A DNA stretch of 64,000 nucleotides, taken from Tubulanus polymorphus (Eukaryota; Animalia; Nemertea). The notes under the pieces are model-generated. The model made no database searches. It was not told the origin of the DNA and worked only from the letters and a program-made list of their open reading frames with translations. Below are positions 1 to 11,120 of this stretch, one piece after another. Location: positions 9,494,655-9,558,654 of the forward strand of contig NC_134033.1 in the NCBI RefSeq assembly GCF_964204645.1, in the 5' to 3' direction. Every line of letters begins with the position of its first letter. Position 1 is the stretch's first letter. A program made the translations under genes and the position numbers.

Positions 1-669
1 ATTGTATTATCTAGCGTTGTTAAAGATATGGGTTATAAATTATCGAATATATGTTTAGAATATAACACAGTAACTAATGAAAATATTGCTAGCACAATTC
101 AAACTCAATACAATCAAGGATTTTCATTATTATATGATTATATTGATAAATTTAAAACTGTAACTATTAATGCAAATGATGAAATAATTAATGAGAATAT
201 TAACTTTCCTAGAAGATCTATTAAAGGTATATTAATATTTTTTACCATTGCAACATATTCTAATGGCGCAATAAATGTTGATAATTATTATAATCCTGAA
301 ATAACAAAAGTAGAAATAACTATCGAAATAATAGCAAATAAAATATTTTGCCAAGGAATGAGAATGATAGACCAATGGCCAGAAATTAGAAAACATTTTA
401 TGAATGAAAAAGTAAAATCATCTGAAAATTGTAATATTAATCAAATTGATTATTATACCGGTAATAAATATGCATTATGGTTAGATTTTAGAACAACAGA
501 GGATAATTCATTACATGGTTCTGGGAAAAAACTACAGAACACTAAAGATGGAATACAATTATTCATGAAAAAGAAAAAAGGAAGCTTAAATTTCAAAATG
601 CACATTTATATTATATCTGACGCACAATTAAATATTGTAAATTCACAATTAGATAGTATTCAATATTAG
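1..669 (+). CDS. Polinton major capsid protein (double jelly-roll), C-terminal part, 5'-partial
   Basis: Frame open from base 1; YKLSNICLEY, YYNPEITKVEITIE, ALWLDFRT..DNSLHGSG, DAQLNI resemble invertebrate Polinton MCPs; directly upstream of integrase. Confidence 0.7.
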   Translation: MVLSSVVKDMGYKLSNICLEYNTVTNENIASTIQTQYNQGFSLLYDYIDKFKTVTINANDEIINENINFPRRSIKGILIFFTIATYSNGAINVDNYYNPEITKVEITIEIIANKIFCQGMRMIDQWPEIRKHFMNEKVKSSENCNINQIDYYTGNKYALWLDFRTTEDNSLHGSGKKLQNTKDGIQLFMKKKKGSLNFKMHIYIISDAQLNIVNSQLDSIQY

Positions 670-699
670 AAATATAAAGTTAAAATTAAGGATATATAA

Positions 700-1797
700 A
701 TGAGTGGTAAAAAAACTCCTAATACTAAAGAACAATATTTAAGAAATTTATATTACAACCCTGAGAGTTCGGTTGCTTATTCTTCTACTAAAAATATATG
801 GCGTAAAGTAAAACAAGATAAATTAGATAAGATAATCCCACAAAATTTAGTTAAATATAAAGATATAAATGAATTTATGTTAGAACAACCAACGTATACA
901 ACACATAAAAAAATTGTTAGAAAATATAAAACTCGTAAAACTATGGTAAGTTATGTAGATCAACAGTGGCAAGGAGATTTAATTGATATGAAAAATCTTA
1001 AAAAAGATAATGATGATTATTGGTGGATATTGAATATAATTGATATTTTTAGTCGTTATGTATGGAGCTTCCCACTTTATAGAAAAGATGCTGCACAAAC
1101 ATCACATGTTTTAAGAAAATTTCTTTCAGGTGGTAAACTAAAACCAGAAAAAATTCAATTTGATAATGGAAAAGAATTTGATAATTCATTAGTTCATGGA
1201 CTTTTAGATTTTCATAATATTAAATATTTTTCAACAAAATCGGATAAAAAAGCAGCAGTTGTTGAACGATTTAATAGAACATTAAGAACAAGAATGTGGA
1301 AATATTTTACAGCAAATAATACTTTTAAATGGATTGATGTTTTACCAAAATTGATAGAAGGATATAATAATTCTTATCATTCTTCTATTGGAATGAAACA
1401 TATTGATGCTAGAAAACCTGAAAATGCTGAAATTGTTTGGAATAATTTATATGGAGCATTTCTTGTAGATGATTTTGGTGAACCTAAATTTAAAGTTGGT
1501 CAAAATGTTAGAATTTCTAAGTATAAAAAGATATTTGACAAAGGATACGATCGAAATTTTACTAGGGAAATATATAAAATAAAAAAGGTAATAACAACAA
1601 AACCATATGTCTATAGATTAGAAGATTTAGATGGTGAAGAAGTTGATGGATATTTTTACGAAGAAGAATTAAGTTTAACTACTGAAAATCTAGAACAAGA
1701 ATATAAAATTGAAAAAGTACTAAAAACAAAAACTGTTAAAAGAAAAAAATATTCTTTAGTAAAATGGGTTGGATGGCCAGATAAATTCAATGAATAG
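700..1797 (+). CDS. Retroviral-like (rve) integrase with C-terminal chromodomain; premature TAG removes last ~10 codons
   Basis: WQGDLID, IIDIFSRY, IQFDNGKEF, AAVVERFNRTL (DDE core); YKIEKVL..LVKWVGWP chromodomain; frame continues past TAG 1795-1797 to TAA 1825-1827. Confidence 0.95.
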   Translation: MSGKKTPNTKEQYLRNLYYNPESSVAYSSTKNIWRKVKQDKLDKIIPQNLVKYKDINEFMLEQPTYTTHKKIVRKYKTRKTMVSYVDQQWQGDLIDMKNLKKDNDDYWWILNIIDIFSRYVWSFPLYRKDAAQTSHVLRKFLSGGKLKPEKIQFDNGKEFDNSLVHGLLDFHNIKYFSTKSDKKAAVVERFNRTLRTRMWKYFTANNTFKWIDVLPKLIEGYNNSYHSSIGMKHIDARKPENAEIVWNNLYGAFLVDDFGEPKFKVGQNVRISKYKKIFDKGYDRNFTREIYKIKKVITTKPYVYRLEDLDGEEVDGYFYEEELSLTTENLEQEYKIEKVLKTKTVKRKKYSLVKWVGWPDKFNE

Positions 1798-1827
1798 ATA
1801 TTATCAAGTAAAATTAAAAATATATAA

Positions 1828-2436
1828 ATGAATAAGGAATTATTTATATTTGAGCCTCATAATATGTTAATTTCTGGTGTAACAAATTGTGGAAAAACTT
1901 ATTTTATATTAAATTTATTAGAAACTGTTTACAAAAACTATTTTGATAATATAGTATTATTTTGTCCAACATATGAATTTAATCAAACTTATGATAGAAA
2001 CATTACTAGAAATAATAAATTTATTATATTAGATCCTAAAACAGTAAAAGAAAATTTAGATAATTGTATTAAAATAGCAATTGATATTTATAAAGGATCA
2101 AATACATTATTCATTATAGATGATTGTGCTAATCTACATGATTCAAAAGTTAGAGAAAGTGAGTTATGCTATTTAGCTTTCTCTGGGAGACATTTTGGGA
2201 TAACAACTTGGGTTTTAAATCAAAAATATAATTCAATTGTTAAAGACTTTAGAGAAAACATTAGATTTCTAGTTTTATTCTACAATAAAGATAGAAAATC
2301 GATGAAAAATGCACTCGAGGAAAATGATATTATTCCACATGATTTACATAATGAATATATGGATGAGTTGAAAAATATTAAAAGATCAAAATTACTATTT
2401 AGATTACAACACCCATTTAAATATGAATTTATTTAA
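1828..2436 (+). CDS. A32-like (FtsK/HerA) DNA packaging ATPase
   Basis: Walker A SGVTNCGKT, Walker B LFIIDD, GRHFGITTWVLNQ motif. Confidence 0.92.
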   Translation: MNKELFIFEPHNMLISGVTNCGKTYFILNLLETVYKNYFDNIVLFCPTYEFNQTYDRNITRNNKFIILDPKTVKENLDNCIKIAIDIYKGSNTLFIIDDCANLHDSKVRESELCYLAFSGRHFGITTWVLNQKYNSIVKDFRENIRFLVLFYNKDRKSMKNALEENDIIPHDLHNEYMDELKNIKRSKLLFRLQHPFKYEFI

Positions 2437-2439
2437 ATT

Positions 2440-2690
2440 CAATTAGTTTGTTAATCTAGTTGAATTCTAGTTATTAGTAGTTGTAACAAAAATCCAAAAA
2501 TCAAATAGATTTAACAATATTTTAACTAGCTTGTTAATCTATTTTAATTCTAGTTACATTCTAGTTGAATTCTAGTTGTTAGTAGTTGAAACAAAAATCA
2601 ACTAGATTTAACAATATTTCAACTAGCTTGTTAATCTAGTTGAATTCTAGTTACATTCTAGTTAAATTCTAGTTGCAACATCACACAACT
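2440..2690. repeat. Intergenic array of CTAGTTGAATTCTAGTT-type short repeats and imperfect palindromes
   Basis: Repeated ctagtt/gaattc words; ~100-bp direct repeat (about 2490-2560 vs 2593-2660); hairpin caactagatttaacaa...ttgttaatctagttg at about 2599-2642. Confidence 0.8.
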
Positions 2691-2708
2691 AATTTTTTTG
2701 TTATATAA

Positions 2709-3308
2709 ATGGTAGGTGAAAAGAAAATAAAATCTAAAAATGTTCCAATTGAAAAAACTTTAGATGATTTAGGAATAACAGAAAACAAATTAATTCCAGA
2801 TGATGGTGCTTTAAATAATGTTACAACAAATAATAATTATGAATATTATCTTTATTGTAAACATCAATTAGAAATATTAATAGCATCTGGAAAATGTAAA
2901 AATTTAGTCGGTAAAAATTTAACTTATAATGAATTAGATACAATGAAATCAGATGAAATTATTAGATTATTTAAGATTTATGAAGCCGCGAGAACAGCTA
3001 GAATTAATGACGCGATATCAGAAAATGTAGTAAAAGGTTATAGTAAATTATGTAATTATATACTACCAATTGAAGATGAAAATAGATTATATTCCGATTT
3101 AAAAAATGATTATTTAGTTATGACTGAATTAAATAAATGGATTGGATATTTATCATTTCAATTAGGCGGATTTATGACATTATTATCAACTGGGGTTATA
3201 ACATTTTCAAATATTGAAAGTAAAAATATTTCTATAATAAATGAGCGAGGTGAAAGAAGTGAAGGAATTAACTGTGAAGAAAAAACCGAGAACTCAGAAA
3301 CAAATTGA
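2709..3308 (+). CDS. Polinton hypothetical protein
   Basis: 199-aa ORF, TAAATG start, viral base composition, hydrophobic segment near C-terminus. Confidence 0.7.
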   Translation: MVGEKKIKSKNVPIEKTLDDLGITENKLIPDDGALNNVTTNNNYEYYLYCKHQLEILIASGKCKNLVGKNLTYNELDTMKSDEIIRLFKIYEAARTARINDAISENVVKGYSKLCNYILPIEDENRLYSDLKNDYLVMTELNKWIGYLSFQLGGFMTLLSTGVITFSNIESKNISIINERGERSEGINCEEKTENSETN

Positions 3309-3609
3309 ATGGTCTCGACAATTAGGAATTAAATCACAAGAATATAAAAAAGCTGTAAAAGAAAAAATAAGTAATAAAAATGTTAATAAAAATGGTGAAA
3401 ATATTGTTATTTCTACTCCTTCTGATAGTAGAATATTTGATAAATATTTATATTTTACAGTTGGATTTGTAATTGTATTCATTTTGATTGGGTGTAATTG
3501 GTATAAGAAATCAAATAAAATTCATGATATTAGTAATTCTGAAACAACTGCTATCAAAAATGAAAATACTTCTGAAATTCCAAAATTGATAATAAAAAAA
3601 ATGGATTAA
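3241..3609 (+). CDS. Polinton small membrane protein (basic N-terminus, one TM helix)
   Basis: TAAATG start; YLYFTVGFVIVFILIGC hydrophobic stretch. Confidence 0.7.
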   Translation: MSEVKEVKELTVKKKPRTQKQIEWSRQLGIKSQEYKKAVKEKISNKNVNKNGENIVISTPSDSRIFDKYLYFTVGFVIVFILIGCNWYKKSNKIHDISNSETTAIKNENTSEIPKLIIKKMD

Positions 3610-4583
3610 TATTTTAGAAAAAAAGCAAAAAAAAATAATCGAATATCTCACTACTTTTGTCTATCTATGCGGAGCAATTAAATTGTCCAGATAAGTCATT
3701 TCGGATTCTAGATATTCATTATTTTTATTAATTTATTTTGTTTTTATTTGAATATTTGAATTTGTTAAACAATTAACATAGTAATTGATTACTAATTTGA
3801 TTAAAAATTATATCATAATGAAGTTAAAAATACATAATTCATTTATCAGTTTTCATTCTTACATTCTTTTCATTCGGAATAATTTATAATTTCAAATTTC
3901 ACATATTTTTTTAGCACCAACAACATTTACTTAGGTGTTTTAGCTAAGTATATAAGGCAATTCATTCAACCACTGGAGTAGCTCTGGCCAGCAGAGGCAT
4001 TTTGAAAATGCACCTTCGTCCACTCTCCGGGTTTCTCCTTCGGTTTCGAATTTCGAGGTTGGTAGAAATTACATTAGGCGCCTTTAATATAATGTGATTT
4101 CTACCAATCATTGAAGGAGATCCCGGTTGACGTGGGTCTCCGGGGGTGTAAGTAGAAATGACGGGGGATAAGCGTCCCGTGGCGCCTTTCAATAATGGGA
4201 TGCTTATCCCCTGAAAACTCTGTAGGTCGAGGATAGGGCAATTTTGCTAAAACTTACCGTAAAAACATTGAAATATTCCTTTTAATCACGAGAGAATGAT
4301 GACTATCCTCCTGTCGTCACGGCCGAGCTAATTTAAATAAACCTCGTTTTCAGCAACTAATGAAAACGCAGTAATTCAATACCAGCTAACTGGCTTGTGT
4401 GTGTTGTATGTACTGCGTGCTTATTATAACAACAACGTTGTGCAACACCTGTTTGATTAATCAATATTCAAATGAAGCACTCTCTTATAATAATATGTAA
4501 CAGATGTACTGTATGATTGTAGTTGTTTATAAAACGACTAAGGTCATTTTGGATTCTAGATATTCATTATTTTTATTTTTTAT

Positions 4584-4910
4584 TTAATCAACAATTTCTA
4601 AATCATGATGACCGTCTTCATTTTTCCCATGATATATTATTTTAAATCCTACTAAATCTTTCAATTCCTCCATACTCAATGAAACCCATTTATCGGGTAA
4701 AAACACTTTAAATTCTCGTGATGTACTAACATTACAGTAGCTTAAATTAGCTGATACTTTCTCTCCATATTTAGTTTTTATCTTTTCTAATTTCAATATT
4801 TTATGTTCAATTTCTTTTGTAACATCAACTAACTTTTTTATTTCAAATTGTTTTTTTGTTGGTTTTATTCTGTTATTTATTGTTGCTAAGAATGCTTTTC
4901 TATCTCCCAT
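4584..4910 (-). CDS. Small conserved Polinton protein, homolog of 53383-53736 (possibly nucleic-acid binding)
   Basis: Shares KKL..., TKYGEK/NKYGDK, FLPDK/YLPDR and YHGKNEDGHHDLE/YKGKNEKGHHEID with the copy D ORF. Confidence 0.75.
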   Translation of the reverse strand: MGDRKAFLATINNRIKPTKKQFEIKKLVDVTKEIEHKILKLEKIKTKYGEKVSANLSYCNVSTSREFKVFLPDKWVSLSMEELKDLVGFKIIYHGKNEDGHHDLEIVD

Positions 4911-5173
4911 TTATTAGGAAAAAAAATTACTTGTGGTGATGAGTGGTGTCTCGTCCTCTGATCTGAAAACGCCATCTTCTAATTACTCATGTCAATAACC
5001 ATGAGTACGCACCAGTATTTACTGACGCATCCTCCCTCGGCAGGGATTCCAACCTGATGGCATCGCTACACTCAGCCACGACACGAACCCCTGCCACACT
5101 AGACTGGGTGCTCAGGTACATGCGCAGCTTTGCCGCACGAAAACCTGCGGCACCAATCATATTGCTCGTTGTG

Positions 5174-5522
5174 AGTAAGTGAAAGTTGGGGGTTTCATAC
5201 CAGGGGCACAAGGCACGAGGCTAGGTAGGTTTTTGGGTAAAAATGTTGGGTAAAATATATTGGGTAATTTTTTTCTATATAAATGGGAGATAAAAATACA
5301 AGTAAAAATGTTGATAAAAATAGAATATTTTGCAAATATTTGTGATACATATGTCAGTAAATCGAATATATCGCATCATGATAAATCACGTCAACATCAG
5401 AAAAATGTAATTGATGTTGAAAAAATTGATACAGATGAAAAAATTTAAAAAAAAACAGATTCTATTAAACTGAATGACATTTATTGCAATATTTGTGATG
5501 AATATATTTAAAAAAAGAACTA
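5174..5522 (+). pseudogene. Polinton copy B stub: terminal motif plus decayed zinc-finger N-terminus of pPolB (ATG 5283)
   Basis: Starts AGTAAG..GGTTTCATACCAGGGG; SHHDKSRQHQKNVID and YCNICDEYI.KKNY match SHHEKSSNHIKNVID and KCEVCNEFIVKRNY at the start of copy C pPolB; cut at TA|CAGT 5521-5526. Confidence 0.75.
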
Positions 5523-5730
5523 CAGTAGACTTCGCATACCTCGGAGTCATTCACCTCGGAATATTGCTTAGCTCAGATCAAATCAAAAATATTTTTCTTA
5601 ATGCAATTATTTCTTAAATGAAAATCTCCGAGTAGCGCGGAGTTGCATACGTCGGAATATCGCATACCTCAGAATGATTTTTTTAATAAATTGAGTCCTA
5701 AAATCGTGTACCTCGGAAATTCTGAACATC
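5523..5730 (+). mobile_element. Left end of a Tc1/mariner-pogo-like DNA transposon; right end not found
   Basis: TA|CAGTAGAC start, repeated (ta)cctcggaa subterminal words, abrupt composition change. Confidence 0.45.
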
Positions 5731-7568
5731 GTCCCGACAATATTTTTTCAAAAACGCATCCCTAGCCTACTGCATAACAACTTGAAACAGATTAATCAAT
5801 ACCTGTTCTTGGACGCGACGTGAATCAACATCTGTACTGTGTTACCGCGTGTATTGCGATAGATGTGCTGATGATCATAAGAATTGGAAGCGTGCCAGTC
5901 GCGCTAGTTCTCGGCTGTCTTTAATACGAATAGTCAATTGAATGGATGAAGGCAGAGCTATAGACTTGTCACCGCACATCAAACCCACATGTTTTTAAAT
6001 TCTCTCAACTGGGAAGGAGGCTTTACTTGGTGTACTACAGTACGATGTTTTTATATAAAAGATGACAAGTCAAATCTCCCGGGGGATATGAGGTTTTGAT
6101 TGAAATAACAATAAAAACCTGTCAGATATGGTACATATACAATGTTTATTCAACATAGATTAGTATAAATTGCCCATGGGCAGTGTGGTTTACCTTGAAA
6201 GCTAGAGGTTGTTTGTGGTAAGGACATTGCTTGAAAAATCTTTTAAATTCGTGACTTCAAAGTTCTATCTTGTATTTCATCTTTCTCAAAGAATTATTTT
6301 GTAGTCAAATAAGACCAAAAATATACATTTCGTAGGGTACAGGTAGGCGCGGCAGGGAAACTGTTTTATATTTTCAAAGAAATATTTTTCACAATATGAA
6401 AAAATATTCAAATAAAATTCATATGATGTCACATATCAGAGGGTGGCTGAATATTTAGTATTGGAAACCTCTTCCAATGTATGGCCGCGGAATCTAAACC
6501 GACGCAGTAAGAAATCGGCGTATTAGATCGTTTTAAATCCTGGAATTTACTACTACAATATTCAGACCTCGACCTATACTTGTAGTTTGCTACTTAATAT
6601 TTTCAGGTCACAAGAAATTACAATTTCTTATAAATTATATCAAACAGAAAACATAGCGCTTATCTTCTGTTGATGAAATGTCAGACGCGCCAGCCAGCAG
6701 CGTTTACGGTATCACAATAGTAGTGTATACTGTACGAGCGTGAGTTTGTGTATGCAACAGTCTTTAGCACTCTGCGCGCATGTGGAGGCCTTGTGTAAGT
6801 GAATGTTCGCTTGCACTTCAGTGTCAATCAAATCAATCACCGGGTATTAAAATGAAACAATACCTATAATAATAATTACATTCTCATCAGCAATGAGCAT
6901 TTTAAATTTGCACGTAATACGGCACCTAGTCCAATGAAACGTTCGCCATTCTATGGCTTTTCCATAATTATTTTAGTAGCGCCGGAATTCCCCGTATATC
7001 CCAAAAACAGCCAATCACATTCGCTCGTAGAGACAATGCCCCCCAATCGAGGTCATTGCAATTTTATACGCGAGAGCTAAGAATTTTCCCGCCAAAACAG
7101 TTTATCGTAGAATTTTAACAAAAGTTGACCATGTACATCGACGGAGGTTCGTCATGTCTTCAAGCGCATCGATTATACGTCGTTTAACCCGAGAACCAAT
7201 GAAACAAATGCTCACATAAAAAAACGTACCGCGATTTTACATGAAATTGGCTCAATGCCAACTTCATATCGCTCACAAAGGTAAACCAATAAGAAGGATA
7301 ATTTGCCCACGTGTCAGCAACAATTTTTTTTTATGACAAAATTTGCGGACCTTTCAAGGGAATCCATCAAAAATTCGAGGGTGTTTTATGCTAACAAACA
7401 ATTGAAAATTCTGGCAGCCATATGGAATGGCTGCTGACCAGCCTTTCCAATAGGGATAGCCATGAGAGAAAGTTTCCTGAGATATTCAAGTTAGGTGCCA
7501 TATTTATTGGTCAATGACTTCCACTTTTGATTGAGGCGGACATCTCACCTGCCCAGATACTCACACTA

Positions 7569-7885
7569 TAGACCGGGAGCTGGCTCAATTTATTCAAGTG
7601 AAGAGAGGAATACCTGTTTATACCTTCATTTGATTGGTATTATGGCAGGTATACAGGATCAGAACTTCTGCCCATGCGCAGCCTGCTAGTTAGACCCTGG
7701 TGGCAATATTTTGAATAAAAAAAACTTGAATAGAGGCTACAATGTGGGTCTAAAATATTGCCACCTAGCAGGCAGTGCATCGGCAGAAGTTCTGATCCTG
7801 TATACCTGCCATAGTACCAATCAAATGAAGGTATAAACAGGTATTCCTCTCTCCACTTGAATAAATTGAGCCAGCTCCCAGTCTA
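7569..7885. mobile_element. Fold-back MITE with ~140-bp TIRs (TAG...CTA ends, 3-bp CTA duplication; Academ-like)
   Basis: tagaccgggagctggctcaatttattcaagtg... is inverted at ...cacttgaataaattgagccagctcccagtcta; CTA at 7566-7568 and 7886-7888. Confidence 0.8.
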
Positions 7886-8749
7886 CTAGGTTTTAAAAAA
7901 TCTACAAAGAACTATTGCTTCCATTGCGCTAACGAGGTCTGAAGGTGATGGCGCACGGCGGAAACTTAGTAAAATATGATGACGTAACAAATGATACAGT
8001 AGCCTTTTAACTGGAATCAAATGGAACCAGTGATTTTTGTCTGACTAGCTGTAAATGGAAATTAAATTGATTTTACCTGCTACCCTTGATTTATTTTAAT
8101 TTGCTGTTAACAGAAATTGGATCAAATTGCAATAGTTCTAAAATTTCTCTAATTAGTAAAAAAGAACAAACTGTGTTCAATTTTATCACTTTATAGGGTC
8201 CGATCTAAGGAATGTAGAGGCGCAGATCCAGGGCCATACAGTGACTACAGCACAGTGAAAAAGGGCACCAACTTTGAAAGGGCCAGTATTAATGCCCAGC
8301 GAGCGAGTTTGAGTTTGAGTGCAATCATTGGTATCATGCCACTAAATTTGTCTTCACATTCAATTCGCTTTTAGCCTTTTTTAGATATTTGGTCAAAATT
8401 GGCCTTTTCTCGATCAAATTTATAGAGCGACAATAATTTCTTTTTTAGAATAGTGCCCTTTTGAGTAAAAAATGCCTTGGATTGCCTTTTATGATTTTGG
8501 GCAATTTATTTCATTCACATTTCGCTTTAGGCCTTGTACAGAAAGGCAATTATTTTTAATGACGTACAAATTTCGTGCCCTTTTAGTTTTTTCCCGAAAT
8601 TTTCAAAGGCATTTGAAAAGTGCGACTACCGCACGTGCTGCATGTGCGATAGTCTGGATCCGCGCCTGCATCATGCTGAACAAGTGTTTTCATTGGCAAC
8701 CTATGTGGTTGTCTTTATTCGAACCAATTTGAAAGGTTTTTTTGTGCAT

Positions 8750-9751
8750 TTAAACGGTCACTTCTTTGTCTGACAACTTGATCCAATTAGGCATAAAGAA
8801 ATCTTCATATTTAAACATGACATCTGCCCACGAATATTTTTTGCGTGCACTGCCGTAGTAAATGGTCGTACCATTGGCTAAAAATGCTGAAAAAAATCCG
8901 AACGAACCAGTAGTCAAAATTGTGTGGTTGCATTTCGATAATATTGCCATATCAGTTATTTGATCATGTCCCTCAGAGTAAATGGTTCTATCGGCAAGTC
9001 CAACGTTATTTTTACACCACACTATATCATTGCTGCAAACTACAAATACAATATTATTGTATTTGCGTTTCATGATTTCGAATGCTCGATGAAAGTAGTC
9101 ACGTCCTGCAGTTTTCATGCCTCGATTAGTCCACCGTTTATTCATTATATCTCCACGACGAACATGAACCCCTATGTACGTATATGGTTGACTTGATGAT
9201 GGCCCAGCCTCGATTTTTGCAACAGAATTTTGGATGAAATCAGCTGCATTTTTGTCTATGTTATCAACAAATCTGAATTCTTGACGGATGACATCTGCCA
9301 TGTACGAGAAGTATCTCCAAGACTGGAAATATCCATCTAATAATAGAGTTCCTTTTTTTGGCAGCAAAAAATGCTCCCTGGAATATTGACAACAATGTTC
9401 CTTATATGTTGTGTCACCATACATCAGCCATGAGTCATAAAGCCACCGGCTTATCGAACGAGCCTTACTGATCTTAAAATACTTCCACAAAACCGCATCA
9501 TCAACAAGATATATATCTGGTTTTCTCACTGACGACTCATAAGCGATGCCTAACAATGAGGCATACTGGAACATGTTGTTGCCTAGCCTGTCCCTTATCT
9601 TAACTGTCATGGCGTAATCGCCTAGTGATGAATTTTCAAATTCATATTTCCGTTTGTATTTGTGTAGATAGATTGTTGTTAAAAGGGTTACAACAATAAT
9701 GAGAAGAATTAAAGCACGCTTAATCCGACGAGATATCACTATATCATGCAT
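8750..9751 (-). CDS. Galactoside alpha-1,2-fucosyltransferase-like (GT11, FUT1/FUT2 family), host gene, single coding exon
   Basis: Type II N-terminal TM; RLGNNMFQYA, GYFQSWRYF, GVHVRRGD, DMAILSKCNHTI..GSFG motifs; polypyrimidine-CAG splice acceptor at 9779-9795 just upstream of the ATG. Confidence 0.92.
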   Translation of the reverse strand: MHDIVISRRIKRALILLIIVVTLLTTIYLHKYKRKYEFENSSLGDYAMTVKIRDRLGNNMFQYASLLGIAYESSVRKPDIYLVDDAVLWKYFKISKARSISRWLYDSWLMYGDTTYKEHCCQYSREHFLLPKKGTLLLDGYFQSWRYFSYMADVIRQEFRFVDNIDKNAADFIQNSVAKIEAGPSSSQPYTYIGVHVRRGDIMNKRWTNRGMKTAGRDYFHRAFEIMKRKYNNIVFVVCSNDIVWCKNNVGLADRTIYSEGHDQITDMAILSKCNHTILTTGSFGFFSAFLANGTTIYYGSARKKYSWADVMFKYEDFFMPNWIKLSDKEVTV

Positions 9752-10177
9752 GGTTCTTAACTTTAAAATTCAGCATATCTGAAAATGAAAAAGAATTGTA
9801 CATCAGTTTTAACAAAAAACTTGACCCGTTGCTAAGGTTGTTTATAAACTAAATCCTCAGATAAATCCGAAGTTAACAGTACAGATACAATCACTATGTC
9901 AATTATGTTTCTATGCCAACTGCAAAACATGGTCTTGTCCACTCTGTCCGACATATTATCAGTTTAAAACAATATTATCCTGGAGCAGATTCAGGGGCTG
10001 ATTTTGATTGGAGCGCTCAACAAGAGGCCCACGGGCACAGTGGAAGTAGAATGATTCAGTATTCAAGATTTTACAGACAGATGTTACCAAAATGTTCTTT
10101 CTGTTGATATATCCTCACATGAAAAGAAAACAAAGCCAAGCCCATTTTAGCTGCCCCAAAACATTTACAACATGAAA

Positions 10178-10950
10178 CTAGGGGTCCAGGGACACCATGC
10201 CCACTTGGGAAGTGGTTTCAAATGCTCAACAATCTAACAATTTCAATATTCAACGCCCCCTGGTGACCATATACAAAAACCAATGACCTTGAAACTAACC
10301 ACAATCATAGAACATGTCAGCAGCTACGATTTTGTAATTGACTGTGATAACAAAATAAGCCTCGTTACCAATTTAATATGGAAATACTAAGTTATTCAAC
10401 TATTCAACGCCCCCTGGTGACCATATTCAAAACCCAATGTCCTTGAAACTCACCACAATCATTGAACATGTCATGAGCCAAGCTACAACTTTGCAATTGT
10501 TCATGGTAACAAAATATGCCTAGGTACCAATATAATAAGGAAATACTTAGTTATTCTATTATTCAACGCCCCTAGTGGCCATATAGAATAACTAATGTCC
10601 TTGAAACTCACCACAATCATAGACGATGTCATGAGCTACAAATTTGCAATTGATTGTGCTAATAAAATATGCATTGGTACAAATATAATATAGAAATACT
10701 AAGATATTGTATTATTCAACGCCCCCCTGGTGGCAATATACAAAAACCAATGACCTCGAAACTCACCACAATCATAGAACACGTTATAAGCTAGAACTTT
10801 CTAATTCATTGTGGTAACAAAATATGCTAAGGTATCAAGATAATGTCGAAAAACATTTTCCCACCTACGAATGAGTACTGATGACACCAAGATGGCCGCC
10901 AATTGCGTCATAATTGGCTGATCAAAAATACCTAACCCAGGTATAAAACT
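10178..10950 (-). mobile_element. Helentron-associated (HINE/DINE-1-like) non-autonomous element, family 1, 5'-truncated, four ~155-bp internal repeats
   Basis: Same sequence as 38258-39290, 46552-47740 and 61664-63073; abuts Polinton copy C at a deletion junction. Confidence 0.75.
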
Positions 10951-11120
10951 GATAAAGTAACTGCTAATGTTAATTTTAAGATATCATTTATATCAAATCT
11001 ATCAACATTAACACTTCCCATTTTGAATACTTTTTTTAATACCATTGAATAACCAACAGTTCCAACTGATAGTAATGCTCCATTATATAATCCAGTTATT
11101 ATCCACTTATTATCACTCAT
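10951..11120 (-). pseudogene. Small hydrophobic Polinton protein, 3'-truncated (intact at 54866-55087)
   Basis: Near-identical to the copy D gene up to LAVTLS, then joins HINE sequence. Confidence 0.8.

Larger units (their letters stand above)
1..4987 (+). mobile_element. Polinton/Maverick (adintovirus-like) endogenous element, copy A, right part (5' end outside window)
   Basis: Very AT-rich, intronless, tightly packed capsid - rve integrase - A32-like ATPase - small ORFs; ends in ...AATTACT (4987), matching the terminal motif next to the other copies. Confidence 0.9.

Noticed and set aside
8750-9751. Fucosyltransferase as Polinton cargo
   Set aside because: Outside the viral blocks, higher GC, no TAAATG start, has a splice acceptor
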